Source: Lachnospiraceae bacterium (lineage in GTDB: Bacteria > Bacillota > Clostridia > Lachnospirales > Lachnospiraceae). From it: DNA of 64,000 bases. The translations under genes were made by a program, and so were the position numbers. This document shows, piece after piece, positions 20,313 through 30,608 of this stretch (position 1 is the first letter of the stretch; each line of letters opens with the position of its first letter). The notes below the pieces were generated by a model. It was not told the DNA's origin. It did no database searches and saw only the letters and a list, made by a program, of their open reading frames with translations. The stretch is from positions 3,445-67,444 of the forward strand of contig JAZLJG010000186.1 of NCBI GenBank assembly GCA_045617745.1, given 5' to 3'.

Positions 20313-21569
20313 GTGAACAAGATGAAGAAATTTTTATGTGTATTACTTACGTTTTTAATGATATTTTCTTTGACCGCATGTGAGAAGAAAACAATCTCTT
20401 CCGTAGAGGAAACTTCTGTTTTCGAAAATACTGTTGAGACAGTGTCCGAAAACGCTGAAGAAGAGAAGCCTGAAACAGAGACTGTTAAAGATGAACCTGA
20501 AGAAGAACCGGAGGAGGAGATAGTATATCCGGAAGCTTCTTTGAAAGAGCTTTTTGCTGAGCACGGTATCAAGTGCGGTACTTGTATGAATACCAGAATG
20601 TATACAAGAGATGTACTGGTAGACATTCTTGACACCCAGTTTAACAGCGGTACCATGGAAAACGAAATGAAGCCCGACGCCATTTTAAACAGGGAAAAGA
20701 GTATCGAAGCAGGAGAACCTGTGGTAGAGCTTAAAAGTGATGCAAAGCAGATTCTTAAGTTTGCAAAGGATAACGGAATGTCCATGAGAGGACATACTCT
20801 TGTATGGTACAGCCAGACGCCCGGCTGGATTTTCCACGAGGATTTTGACGGAACAAAGCCCCTTGTAACAAGGGAAGTAATGCTTGACCGTATGGAAAAG
20901 TATATAAAGAACGTATTCGCCATGCTGGAGGAATCCGGTTATATAGATCTTTTTTATGCATATGATGTGGTAAATGAAGCCGTTCTTGATAACGGTACCC
21001 TTCGTGACAATACATGGAAAAAGATTATCGGTGACGATTATATCTGGTATGCATTCTATTTTGCCGATAAGTATGCACCTGAATCAATCGATCTTTACTA
21101 CAATGACTTTAATGAACAGTTTAAATATAACGGAACTCTTGAACTTGTGGATACTTTGAAGGATTCCGACGGAAGATACCTTATTGACGGTATCGGTTTG
21201 CAGGCTCACCTTTACACCAATGACAGCATTACTTCTTACTTCAGGGCTCTTGATGAGTATGCAAAAACCGGTTTGAAGGTGGAACTTACAGAGCTTGATG
21301 TGTGCCTTGGTTCTTATCAGGTTAAGGCAAAGAACACGGATGCAAACCTTGATACACAGGGAAGATGGTATTATGACCTTATAAACGGTATTTTTGAAAG
21401 AAAGGACGCAGGCACCCTTAATATCGATGCCATCACTTTCTGGGGAGTAGTGGATGAACTTTCCTGGAGAAATACCCAGTATCCTCTTTTGTATTCCATA
21501 ACCGGAAAACCCAAGCCCGCATATTTCGGCGCAGCCCAGATAAAAGAATTTGCAGGCTTTAACGAATAA
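20313..21569 (+). CDS. GH10 endo-1,4-beta-xylanase, lipoprotein
   Basis: Lipobox SLTAC, acidic linker, ENEMK, RGHTLVW, YDVVNE acid/base, YNDFN, GLQAH, LTELD nucleophile. Confidence 0.92.
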   Translation: MNKMKKFLCVLLTFLMIFSLTACEKKTISSVEETSVFENTVETVSENAEEEKPETETVKDEPEEEPEEEIVYPEASLKELFAEHGIKCGTCMNTRMYTRDVLVDILDTQFNSGTMENEMKPDAILNREKSIEAGEPVVELKSDAKQILKFAKDNGMSMRGHTLVWYSQTPGWIFHEDFDGTKPLVTREVMLDRMEKYIKNVFAMLEESGYIDLFYAYDVVNEAVLDNGTLRDNTWKKIIGDDYIWYAFYFADKYAPESIDLYYNDFNEQFKYNGTLELVDTLKDSDGRYLIDGIGLQAHLYTNDSITSYFRALDEYAKTGLKVELTELDVCLGSYQVKAKNTDANLDTQGRWYYDLINGIFERKDAGTLNIDAITFWGVVDELSWRNTQYPLLYSITGKPKPAYFGAAQIKEFAGFNE

Positions 21570-21644
21570 GGATTTACACTTTTATAAGAAAATAATATGA
21601 TTAAGAAGTCACCGGTGGTGGCTTCTTATTTTTTTGGAGGTTCT

Positions 21645-22184
21645 ATGATTTACTTAATCGGCGGAAGTTCCCACGTGGGAAAAACATATATTTCACAGCT
21701 TTTGATGGAAAGAAACAAGATTCCATATATTTCCATAGACCACATTAAGATGATGTTTATACGAAGCAGGCTTACGAAGCTTACTCCGGATGATGATTAT
21801 GAAATGAGATATTTTCTTTGGCCCTATCTTGCGGAATACATAAAGACTGCCATAGAAAATGACCAAAGCTTTATTATGGAAGGATGCTATATTCCCGAAA
21901 GCTTCAGGGATGCTTTTTCAAAAGAGTACCTTTCAAAGATTAAGGTTGTCTATATCGTGATGAGTGAAGAGTACATAAGGAAAAACTTTGACTCGGTTGT
22001 TTCAAAGGCCAATGTTATTGAAAACCGACTCTGCGATGAACCTGACATGGAAAGGCTTATTGAATGCAGTAAGGAGTTTTCAAGGTTGGGGCATGAAAAC
22101 AACATTCCGGTATATGAGATTTCCAAAGAATACGATGTGGAAAAGATTGTTTCCGATTTGGAAAAAATCATGAATTTTTCATAA
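21645..22184 (+). CDS. P-loop kinase (2-phosphoglycerate/adenylate kinase-like)
   Basis: IGGSSHVGKT Walker A, IMEG; ATG 21645 after GGAGG. Confidence 0.7.
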   Translation: MIYLIGGSSHVGKTYISQLLMERNKIPYISIDHIKMMFIRSRLTKLTPDDDYEMRYFLWPYLAEYIKTAIENDQSFIMEGCYIPESFRDAFSKEYLSKIKVVYIVMSEEYIRKNFDSVVSKANVIENRLCDEPDMERLIECSKEFSRLGHENNIPVYEISKEYDVEKIVSDLEKIMNFS

Positions 22185-22241
22185 AAAAATGATATAATAA
22201 ACAAAATGTGTTTTTAAGACTATTATGTTTCGGAGCGGGTT

Positions 22242-22931
22242 ATGATAGGTATTTTCAATTACACGGTTTGGCTGACATATTTGTCTTTCCTGTCAGCTTC
22301 AATGGGTATTATTATTACCTTTTCTTTCGGAAAGCCCTTATATGGGATTTTATTCCTTCTTTTCAGCGGTCTTTGCGATGCCTTTGACGGCAAAGTAGCC
22401 TCCACCAAAAAGGACAGGACATCATTTGATAAAAAGTACGGCATACAGATAGATTCTTTATCTGATGTGGTGGCTTTCGGAGTGTTACCTGCGGCCATTG
22501 GTGTGGAGATTTTCAATACTTCCGAGTTCTTCCAGAAGATTAAGGTTGCAGGCGGCGTTAAGGAAGTAGTAGCTTTTATCGTGGTAAGCGTTTCCATCAT
22601 GATGTATATGCTTGCGGCAAAGATACGTCTTGCATATTTTAATGTTACCGAGGACGAAAGACAGCAGGTTGAAGAGGGAGCCAGAGCTCACTACAAAGGA
22701 CTTCCCGTTACTTCGGCAGCTCTTGTTTTCCCGGTAATCTTTTTCTTACAGAAGCAGGCAGAGACAGCATTTATCATTATTTACTTTGCGGTAATGGTAT
22801 TGATGAGCTTCTTGTTTTTGCTTAATTTCAAGGTTAAAAAGCCCGGATTTAAAGGTGTTGTATGGCTTACTGTAGTGGGCCTTATTGAGTTTTTGCTGAT
22901 ACTTTTATTTAAGTTTTGTTTTGATCTGTAA
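22242..22931 (+). CDS. CDP-alcohol phosphatidyltransferase (PssA-like)
   Basis: DAFDGKVA...GIQIDSLSD..AFG..P, RLAYFN, GLP. Confidence 0.88.
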   Translation: MIGIFNYTVWLTYLSFLSASMGIIITFSFGKPLYGILFLLFSGLCDAFDGKVASTKKDRTSFDKKYGIQIDSLSDVVAFGVLPAAIGVEIFNTSEFFQKIKVAGGVKEVVAFIVVSVSIMMYMLAAKIRLAYFNVTEDERQQVEEGARAHYKGLPVTSAALVFPVIFFLQKQAETAFIIIYFAVMVLMSFLFLLNFKVKKPGFKGVVWLTVVGLIEFLLILLFKFCFDL

Positions 22932-23036
22932 AAGTTTTAAACATTTTTGTTAGAATTGTTTAAGTTCCCTTCAGGGGATTATAAGATGTACATGTTGAGT
23001 TTGTTGTACACTATATTATTTATATGTGTAAAGATT

Positions 23037-23067
23037 TCCCGCGGAGCTGTGTCCGCGGGATTTTTTT
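23037..23067 (+). terminator. Rho-independent terminator
   Basis: TCCCGCGGA/TCCGCGGGA stem plus T7. Confidence 0.8.
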
Positions 23068-23177
23068 GTCTAAAAACGCGCAAATGTATACAAATATTGC
23101 TATTCCATGTCAGTTTGCTTTATAGCCATTTTGTTTTGTGATAGTATTTTTTTATCAAATGGTGGAGAGGTGTGTTT

Positions 23178-24302
23178 ATGAACACGGAAAAACTTACTGA
23201 ATATCTTGATTCTTTAGGGGAAAAGTACGGTATTCCTTCCGTAGACCTGGTGGTTTTTAAGGAACACAAAGAAATATACAGACATATGAACGGAACTTCC
23301 GATTCTGAAAGAAAAGTTCCCATAAGCCCGGATCAGCTGTATCTTATGTTTTCCATGACAAAGGTACAGACCATGACATGTATCATGCAGTTAGTGGAAG
23401 CGGGCAAATTAAGCCTTGAGGATGAGGTTTCAAAATATCTTCCCGCATATAAAAATTTAAAGGTTAAAAACGGTAATAAAGTTGAGGATGCTAAAAATCC
23501 CCTTCTTTTGAAATATCTTGTGTCCATGCAGTCCGGACTTGACTATGATTTACAGCGTCCCGGCATTATGAGAGTCCTTAAGGAGAAGGGACAGAATGCT
23601 ACCACAAGGGAGATAGTGGACGCATTTGTGGATACTCCTTTGAACTTTGAACCCGGTACACATTTTTGCTACAGCTTAAGCCATGATGTGGCAGCAGCAA
23701 TAATTGAAGTGGTTTCCGGCATGAGCTTTGGGGAATACTTAAAGAAGAACATCTGGGAACCATTAAAGATGGAGAATACGTTTTTTGCAAAGCCTGTAAA
23801 TGATGATGTTAAGGGCCTTGCGAGACAGAATATTTGCGGACCTTCGGGAGTGGAATTAATGGAGCAGACCTGTAACTACCAGCTTTCCGAAAGGTACGAA
23901 AGCGGCGGAGCGGGACTTATAAGCTGTACAATGGATTACGCAAAACTTGCGGATACTTTGGCAAACGGCGGAATAAGCGCTGACGGAGTAAGAATTCTTA
24001 AATCGGAGACTGTTGAAATATTTAAGAACAATCTTCTGGGGGAAGATTCACGTAAGGATATAATAAAGACCATGGGAAGAACCGCTTACGGATACGGTGT
24101 GGGAATGCAGATTTTTCTGTTCCCGGAGCTTGTGGGCTCAAAGGCACCCAAGGGTATTTTCGGATGGGACGGAGCCTGCGGAAGCGCTGTTATGATGGAT
24201 ACGGCGTCTAAGACTTCTTTGGTATTTACAATGCATGTAAGAAACTGCGGAGTGGCATACGATACCATTCATCCGGCTTTAAGAGATTTGGTATTTTCAT
24301 AA
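23178..24302 (+). CDS. Serine hydrolase, beta-lactamase-related (family VIII esterase-like)
   Basis: SMTK (SxxK), FEPG..F.YS, SGGAGL, FGWDG. Confidence 0.88.
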   Translation: MNTEKLTEYLDSLGEKYGIPSVDLVVFKEHKEIYRHMNGTSDSERKVPISPDQLYLMFSMTKVQTMTCIMQLVEAGKLSLEDEVSKYLPAYKNLKVKNGNKVEDAKNPLLLKYLVSMQSGLDYDLQRPGIMRVLKEKGQNATTREIVDAFVDTPLNFEPGTHFCYSLSHDVAAAIIEVVSGMSFGEYLKKNIWEPLKMENTFFAKPVNDDVKGLARQNICGPSGVELMEQTCNYQLSERYESGGAGLISCTMDYAKLADTLANGGISADGVRILKSETVEIFKNNLLGEDSRKDIIKTMGRTAYGYGVGMQIFLFPELVGSKAPKGIFGWDGACGSAVMMDTASKTSLVFTMHVRNCGVAYDTIHPALRDLVFS

Positions 24303-24319
24303 AAGAAAAGGGGGAGCAT

Positions 24320-25498
24320 ATGAACAATTTTATTTATGAAACACCTACAAAGGTTTATTTCGGCAAAGACGAGGAATTGAAGGTTGGAAGCTATGTTAAG
24401 GCTTTCAATCCGAAAAAGGTTTTGATTCACTACGGCGGAAAGTCAGCAAAGGCAAGCGGCCTTCTGGACAGAGTAAAGGAAAGCCTTGATAAAGAAGGCA
24501 TTTCATATGTGGAGCTTGGCGGAGTAGTGGCTAATCCCGAGCTTTCCCTTGTAAGAAAAGGTATTGAACTTTGTAAAAAAGAGGGCGTGGATTTTGTGCT
24601 GGCTGTAGGCGGCGGTTCTGTTCTTGATTCTTCAAAGGATATAGCAAACGGCGTGGCAAATCCCGATATTGATGTATGGGATTTCTCACTTGGAAAGGCT
24701 GTTCCACAAAAGACACTTAATAAGGGCGCTGTACTTACTTTGGCCGCTGCAGGTTCTGAAATGTCTAATTCCTGTGTTATCACGGATACGGAGCATCAGG
24801 ACAAGAGAGGCTACGGCTGCAGCGCAAACCGCTTTAACTTTGCTATAGAAAATCCTGAGATTACATACACCGTAAGCCCTTATCAGACGGCCTGCGGAGC
24901 AGTTGATATAGCTATGCATACCATTGAAAGATACTTCTGTCCCGGAGAGGATACTTATCTTACGGATGCCATCGCAGAAAGCGTTATTAAAAGCGTTATG
25001 AAGGCAGGAGATGACTGCCTTAACAATCCTACCGATTATGTTGCCAGAGCCAATATGATGTGGGCTTCATCCCTTGCGCACAACGGACTTACCCAGTGCG
25101 GAAGAGCTTTCCAGTTAACCGTTCACCAGTTTGAACACGAAGTGTCCGGAATGTATCCCGAGGTTGCCCACGGTGCAGGCCTTGCGGCTTTGTGGGCAAG
25201 TCATGCAAGATATACTTACGCAGCCAATATTTCAAGATGGGCCCAGTACGCATCAAGAGTCTGGAACCTTGATATTGACTTTGAACATCCGGAGAAAACT
25301 ATCGAGAAGGCAATCGATCTTCAGGAGCAGTATTATAAGCGCCTTGGAATGCCTACTTCCTTAAGAGAACTGGGAGTCAAAGAAGAGGATTTGGAAACAC
25401 TTGCCTTAAAGTGCTCCAGAAACAAAACACGTACCCTTATAGGCTACAAGGAGCTTGGTTACGAAGAAATGCTGGATATTTACAAGCTGGCATACTAA
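24320..25498 (+). CDS. Iron-containing alcohol dehydrogenase (butanol dehydrogenase-like)
   Basis: YGGKS, ANP, GGGSVLD, GSEM, D...H..E, HQFEH, HGAGL. Confidence 0.9.
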   Translation: MNNFIYETPTKVYFGKDEELKVGSYVKAFNPKKVLIHYGGKSAKASGLLDRVKESLDKEGISYVELGGVVANPELSLVRKGIELCKKEGVDFVLAVGGGSVLDSSKDIANGVANPDIDVWDFSLGKAVPQKTLNKGAVLTLAAAGSEMSNSCVITDTEHQDKRGYGCSANRFNFAIENPEITYTVSPYQTACGAVDIAMHTIERYFCPGEDTYLTDAIAESVIKSVMKAGDDCLNNPTDYVARANMMWASSLAHNGLTQCGRAFQLTVHQFEHEVSGMYPEVAHGAGLAALWASHARYTYAANISRWAQYASRVWNLDIDFEHPEKTIEKAIDLQEQYYKRLGMPTSLRELGVKEEDLETLALKCSRNKTRTLIGYKELGYEEMLDIYKLAY

Positions 25499-25514
25499 AT
25501 TTTATGTAAACAAT

Positions 25515-25575
25515 GCCACACATATACTATTGTAGAAATTTCTTGGGAAAAACAATGGTATATGTGTGGCTTTTT
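25515..25575 (+). terminator. Long-stem terminator
   Basis: GCCACACATATACTATTGT / ACAATGGTATATGTGTGGC 19-bp stem (one G-U), 18-nt loop, T-run. Confidence 0.7.
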
Positions 25576-25646
25576 CTTTTGAATTGTGATATTATGTAAC
25601 CTGTAATGGGGAAAATTCCGGGAATCTATTTTCGGAGGGTACGTAA

Positions 25647-26831
25647 ATGAATACTAATAGGGTATATGCGGAAAAAAATGAAGAAATCCGTAAATCGGGC
25701 CGCCTTATTTCTTTGTGCAGCCTTTTGGTGGCAGTTCTTTCGGTTCTTTCTTTGGTTAACATGTTTTTTAAACCGGAAGACAAAGCACAGCTGTTTCGAA
25801 TTATCGGCATTGCAGTCGGTTGTCTTGTTGTAGTGCTTGCGTTCGTGTCTTTTTTTATTTCCAAACGTAATGAAAAGAATAATGATGATGTTTTCGGAAT
25901 GCTTGACGACCAGGTTTGCAGGCAAAGCGCAGCAACCGAGTCTTTACAGGCAATTCTTGAAGTGGTAAAGGATGGCTCGAAGGAAGTTTCCGATAAACTT
26001 CTGGAGCTTGAAAAGTCCATAGAAGATATTCAGTCAAGCGTTGACAATGTTTCCTCCGGTACAAAGGTTACATGCGAATCCGTTGAGAAGCAGAGCCAGA
26101 TGACCGATAACATCAGGGAACTTATAAATGAAACATCCGATAAGTCCAAAGAAATCATCACCATAGCAAGAAAAGTTAAATATGCCGTAATAGACGGTAA
26201 TTCCCAGGCACAGTCACTTGCGGGTGTTTCCCAGGAAATCAGCGGAATCAATGAAAACGTTACCCTTGCCATGACAAAGCTTAAGGAAAAAACAGTGGCC
26301 ATGTCGGAAGTGGTGGAAACCATCAATGCAATTTCGGGAAAGACAAACCTTCTTGCACTGAATGCTTCAATTGAGGCTGCAAGGGCCGGCGAATGGGGCA
26401 GAAGCTTTGCTGTTGTAGCCGATCAGATAAGAGATTTGTCCCAGCAGACAAAGGCTTCCACCGAAGATATAAGAAAGATTATCCAGTCACTTGCGGATGA
26501 AGCTTCAGAGGCTTCCGGAGCAGTTTCACAGTCTGTTGAAAAGGCTGAGGCCCAGAAGCAGATGATAATGGATGTGGAGACAAACTTTGGTTCCATAGAA
26601 GAGGATATGCTTACTCTCGCAAATCACATCAAAGCAATCGATAAGACTATAGATTCACTGATAGCGTCCAACGAAGGTATTGTGGAAGCAATCTCCCAGT
26701 TGTTTGCGGTTACTGAAGAGGTTACGGCCAGCACGGATGATGTTTTGGAAGCAGTCAGACGAAACAGGGACAGCGTTTCGCAGGCAACCGCATCCATGCA
26801 GAATGTGTACGACACAACTCAGAAATTATAG
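25647..26831 (+). CDS. Methyl-accepting chemotaxis protein
   Basis: Two TMs; TNLLALNASIEAARAGEWGRSFAVVADQIR hairpin tip. Confidence 0.9.
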   Translation: MNTNRVYAEKNEEIRKSGRLISLCSLLVAVLSVLSLVNMFFKPEDKAQLFRIIGIAVGCLVVVLAFVSFFISKRNEKNNDDVFGMLDDQVCRQSAATESLQAILEVVKDGSKEVSDKLLELEKSIEDIQSSVDNVSSGTKVTCESVEKQSQMTDNIRELINETSDKSKEIITIARKVKYAVIDGNSQAQSLAGVSQEISGINENVTLAMTKLKEKTVAMSEVVETINAISGKTNLLALNASIEAARAGEWGRSFAVVADQIRDLSQQTKASTEDIRKIIQSLADEASEASGAVSQSVEKAEAQKQMIMDVETNFGSIEEDMLTLANHIKAIDKTIDSLIASNEGIVEAISQLFAVTEEVTASTDDVLEAVRRNRDSVSQATASMQNVYDTTQKL

Positions 26832-26840
26832 TATTTTAAT

Positions 26841-26870
26841 AAACGGAGTCTTTAAAGGCTCCGTTTTTTT
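26841..26870 (+). terminator. Rho-independent terminator
   Basis: AAACGGAG/CTCCGTTT stem plus T-run. Confidence 0.7.
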
Positions 26871-26912
26871 ATGTTATAATTTTTTTGAAATAATCATACA
26901 GGAGAATGGATT

Positions 26913-27665
26913 ATGTACAGTTTCAATGTTGAAAAGGCTACTAAGGATATTGTGGTTTGGATAAAGGATTTTTTTGAGAAAAACGGACCCGGATGCAATG
27001 CGGTTTTAGGTATCTCCGGCGGAAAGGATTCCTCAGTCGTAGCAGCTTTGTGTGTGGAAGCTCTCGGAAAAGACAGAGTAATAGGTGTTTTAATGCCTAA
27101 GGGTGTGCAGGCCGACATTTCTGCCTCAAAACTTTTGGTTAAACATCTTGGTATAAAATCATATGAGATAAATATAAAGGATGCTGTGGACGGTATCGAA
27201 AAAGAACTTTCCGACGAGGAATTTGAGTACAGCGCCCAGGCTAGGACAAACCTTCCTCCCAGAATAAGAATGGCAACCGTTTATGCGGTGAGCCAGTGCG
27301 TTAACGGACGTGTTGCAAATACCTGTAACCTTTCCGAAGACTGGGTAGGCTATTCCACAAGATACGGTGATTCGGTAGGAGATTTCAGCCCCCTTTCAAG
27401 GTTTACGGTTCAGGAAGTAAAGGCAATAGGAAGCTTCTTGAAGCTTCCGGAGGAGCTTGTGGAAAAGGTTCCCATCGACGGCCTTTGCGGTAAAACCGAT
27501 GAGGACAATCTTGGATTTACATATGCTACTCTTGATAAGTATATAAGGGAAGGCATTTGCGAGGATCAGGCTGTTAAGGAAAGAATAGATACTCTTCATA
27601 AGAGAAATCTTTTCAAACTTCAGCTGATGCCTGTGTTTGAGCCGGAGGCTTCGATTTTTGAATAA
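26913..27665 (+). CDS. nadE: NH3-dependent NAD+ synthetase
   Basis: LGISGGKDS, N..PRIRM, TCNLSE..VGYSTRYGD, TDEDNLG; no glutaminase domain. Confidence 0.92.
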   Translation: MYSFNVEKATKDIVVWIKDFFEKNGPGCNAVLGISGGKDSSVVAALCVEALGKDRVIGVLMPKGVQADISASKLLVKHLGIKSYEINIKDAVDGIEKELSDEEFEYSAQARTNLPPRIRMATVYAVSQCVNGRVANTCNLSEDWVGYSTRYGDSVGDFSPLSRFTVQEVKAIGSFLKLPEELVEKVPIDGLCGKTDEDNLGFTYATLDKYIREGICEDQAVKERIDTLHKRNLFKLQLMPVFEPEASIFE

Positions 27666-28659
27666 AGAAAAGTTAGGAAGAATAATTGTTATTGCTGTAT
27701 TTGCGGTTTTGGTATTCTTTTGGGTTATAAACAATCGTAATTCAGAAGAAACCCATGTGACCGGTTTTTATATGGATACGTATATTGACTGTACTTTGTT
27801 CGGAAAGGTTCCCGACGGTCTTCCAGAGGAGATTGGAAGCACTCTTGAAAAGCTTGATGACCTGTTTAACGTAAACAAGAAAGACAGCGATGTTTCCAAA
27901 ATAAATAATGGTGCAGGGGAGTTTGTGGAGGTATCACAACATACTTCGTACCTTGTAAGCGAAGCGAAGAGAATAGGTGAGCTTTCGAGCCGGGCACTGG
28001 ATATCACGATTTATCCGGTGGTGAAAGCCTGGGGCTTTACCACCGGGGAAAATCGTGTGCCCGGCCCGCAGGAGCTTTCAGCTCTTGTAAAGACCGTGGA
28101 CGTTTCCTGCATAGAAGTTGACGAAGCGGGAAGCCGGGTGAAAATTCCGGAAGGTTTTATGATAGACCTTGGCGCTGTTGCCAAAGGCTACGCAGGGGAC
28201 ATGATAAAGGAAATCCTTGAGGAATGTGGTGTTAATAGGGCCATTATAAGTCTGGGAGGTAACATAGTCTGCGTAGGAAGCAAGTCCATGGGAAGAAAGT
28301 GGCAGATTGGAATACAGTCTCCTTACGAGGACAGAGATATCCCAGGATATGTTCAGGTGAAGGACCAAGCGGTTGTGACCAGCGGCCTTTATGAAAGATT
28401 TTTTGAAGAAAACGGCGTAAAATACGGGCACATAATGAATCCTTATACAGGTTATCCCGTGGATAACGGTATTTCTTCCGTTACGATTATTTCTAAAGAC
28501 GGTTTATATGCGGATGCACTTTCCACCGCTATTTTTGTGGGTGGGGAAGAGCTTGCTGAGAAACTTCGGAAATCTTTAAATTTTGAATATGTTATATTTT
28601 GCGGGGACGGGGAGGTAAAAACCTCCGAAGACGCAGGTTATTCATATATAGTGAAATAG
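27637..28659 (+). CDS. apbE: FAD:protein FMN transferase
   Basis: MDT, DLGAVAKGY, SLGGN, TSG.YER, HIMNP.TG.P, ADALSTA; exact start uncertain. Confidence 0.9.
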   Translation: MSRRLRFLNKEKLGRIIVIAVFAVLVFFWVINNRNSEETHVTGFYMDTYIDCTLFGKVPDGLPEEIGSTLEKLDDLFNVNKKDSDVSKINNGAGEFVEVSQHTSYLVSEAKRIGELSSRALDITIYPVVKAWGFTTGENRVPGPQELSALVKTVDVSCIEVDEAGSRVKIPEGFMIDLGAVAKGYAGDMIKEILEECGVNRAIISLGGNIVCVGSKSMGRKWQIGIQSPYEDRDIPGYVQVKDQAVVTSGLYERFFEENGVKYGHIMNPYTGYPVDNGISSVTIISKDGLYADALSTAIFVGGEELAEKLRKSLNFEYVIFCGDGEVKTSEDAGYSYIVK

Positions 28660-28692
28660 GATATACATAAATATTTATCGGGGAGTAAATAT

Positions 28693-30219
28693 ATGTTAAA
28701 GTCCCTTCTTTTAAAACTGAAGGAATCGTTTTTCAGTGTCCTTCCGGTTGTTGCTATTGTACTGGTTTTGTCGGTAACGGGAATAGCGGGATTAAGCGGA
28801 AGAGAGATTGCGGTTTTCTGTGTCTGTGCGGTTTTTCTTATTCTTGGAATAGGATTGTTTAACCTTGGTGCGGATATTGCCATGACTCCTATGGGTGAGT
28901 ACATGGGAACCGGTCTTACCAAATCCAGAAATTTAAAATTGTTGTTGTCTGTAAGCTTTGCTATGGGGCTTCTCATAACAATTGCCGAGCCGGATCTTTC
29001 TGTTCTTGCAGAGCAGGTGGGAACGGTTATGAACGGAAACGTTCTGATAGTAACTGTGGGAGCTGGCGTAGGCCTATTCCTTCTTTTTGCTGTGCTTAAA
29101 ATAGTATTCAGAAAAAGTCTTTCTTCTTTGCTGATGCTTTTTTATATGATGCTGTTTGCTTTGTGCGCGATTATGATTGAAACCGGAAAGACCGAATTTG
29201 TGCCCCTTTCTTTCGATTCGGGCGGCGTTACCACAGGCCCTATTACGGTTCCGTTTATCATGGCACTGGGTGTTGGTATCGCATCCACTGTTGGCGGACA
29301 TGATGCCAATGAAAATTCTTTCGGACTTATTGCTTTATGCTCCGTAGGCCCCATGCTTGCGGTAATGATTCTTTCTCTTGGAGCAACAGGTTCTTTGACC
29401 TACGGCCTTTCTGATTATTCCCTTGAATCCATTCTCGGGGCAGGTGTCGGAAGCATCCTTTTTTCAAAAGCCTTTGAGGTAGTAAAGGCGCTGGGCCTTA
29501 TAGTAATTTTCTTCCTGATTATGCAGACAGTTATTCTTAAACTCCCGAAAAAGAGACTTGGACAGATTTTTACGGGTATTGTTTATACCTTCCTGGGACT
29601 GGTTATTTTCTTAACATCGGTTTCCATAGGCTTTATGCCTGTGGGCTTTAAACTGGGACAGACGCTCGGAGAGAAGAACCCTTCGATAGTTATTGTGCTT
29701 GCTTTTATAATCGGATGCGTGGTAGTACTTGCGGAGCCTGCGGTTCATGTCCTGAACAGACAGGTAGAAGAAATAACAGGTGGAACGGTGACGAAAAAAT
29801 CCATGCTGATAGCGCTTTCTTTGGGCGTGGGAATATCGATTTGCCTTTCCATCATAAGAATCATATACGGTTTTTCGATTCTGTATTATCTGATTCCCGG
29901 CTATTTTATCTCACTTGCTTTGTCGATTTTTGTTCCGGGTATTTATACTGCGATTGCGTTTGACTCCGGCGGAGTAGCCAGCGGACCTTTGACTTCAAGC
30001 TTTATTCTTCCTCTGGCCATAGGAGTGTGTACCGTATTCCAAGGTGAAGCGGGAGTGCTTTCCTATGCATTCGGAGTAGTGGCCATGGTAGCCATGACAC
30101 CGTTAATTACGATTCAGGCCCTTGGCTTCAGAGCCATAGCTTCCAAGGCGGTACGTGAAAGAATAGTAATGAAGCGTATTCTTGATGCGGACGATGAACA
30201 GATTATTTACTTTGAGTGA
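28693..30219 (+). CDS. DUF1538-family membrane protein (two fused repeats)
   Basis: Two copies of AEP...DSGGV[TA][TS]GP.T..FI; followed by P-II-like genes. Confidence 0.8.
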   Translation: MLKSLLLKLKESFFSVLPVVAIVLVLSVTGIAGLSGREIAVFCVCAVFLILGIGLFNLGADIAMTPMGEYMGTGLTKSRNLKLLLSVSFAMGLLITIAEPDLSVLAEQVGTVMNGNVLIVTVGAGVGLFLLFAVLKIVFRKSLSSLLMLFYMMLFALCAIMIETGKTEFVPLSFDSGGVTTGPITVPFIMALGVGIASTVGGHDANENSFGLIALCSVGPMLAVMILSLGATGSLTYGLSDYSLESILGAGVGSILFSKAFEVVKALGLIVIFFLIMQTVILKLPKKRLGQIFTGIVYTFLGLVIFLTSVSIGFMPVGFKLGQTLGEKNPSIVIVLAFIIGCVVVLAEPAVHVLNRQVEEITGGTVTKKSMLIALSLGVGISICLSIIRIIYGFSILYYLIPGYFISLALSIFVPGIYTAIAFDSGGVASGPLTSSFILPLAIGVCTVFQGEAGVLSYAFGVVAMVAMTPLITIQALGFRAIASKAVRERIVMKRILDADDEQIIYFE

Positions 30220-30227
30220 GGTAATCC

Positions 30228-30599
30228 ATGGATAAGGCAAAAGAAAAGAATGTCTCCACTAACCGGCTGATGCTTTTAGTCACCATAGTTAACAGACGTA
30301 AAGCTGAATTTTATACGGATCTTTTACAGCACATGGGTGCAAATCTTCAGTTTGTGGCCATGGGTGAAGGAACGGCGGATGCTAAAATGCTTAATCTTCT
30401 GGGCCTTTCAGACTCTGACAAAGCCGTTATTTTCTCGGTTATTAAGGAATCTGCCCAGAAAGAGGTTTTAAGGACCCTCGGGGAAAAATTCGAGTCCATA
30501 AGAGACGGCAAAGGAATAGCCTATACCATTCCTTTCTCCAGCGTGATAGGAGCTTCCGTTTTTAACTTTTTAAGTGATAACCGTATGATGTTTGTGTAG
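30228..30599 (+). CDS. P-II-like signal protein
   Basis: TIVNR, GEGTA, GKGIAYTIP. Confidence 0.75.
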   Translation: MDKAKEKNVSTNRLMLLVTIVNRRKAEFYTDLLQHMGANLQFVAMGEGTADAKMLNLLGLSDSDKAVIFSVIKESAQKEVLRTLGEKFESIRDGKGIAYTIPFSSVIGASVFNFLSDNRMMFV

Positions 30600-30608
30600 G
30601 GGGACAAT

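Noticed and set aside
20400-20520. GAA/GAG-rich repetitive tract
   Set aside because: Encodes the ordinary acidic linker of the GH10 lipoprotein.
23178-24302. Antibiotic-resistance beta-lactamase
   Set aside because: No signal peptide and no KTG triad; fits cytoplasmic esterase-like serine hydrolase.
25515-25570. MITE interpretation of the 19-bp inverted repeat
   Set aside because: Single copy in window, directly after a stop codon, followed by a T-run, no evident target duplication; a terminator explains it.
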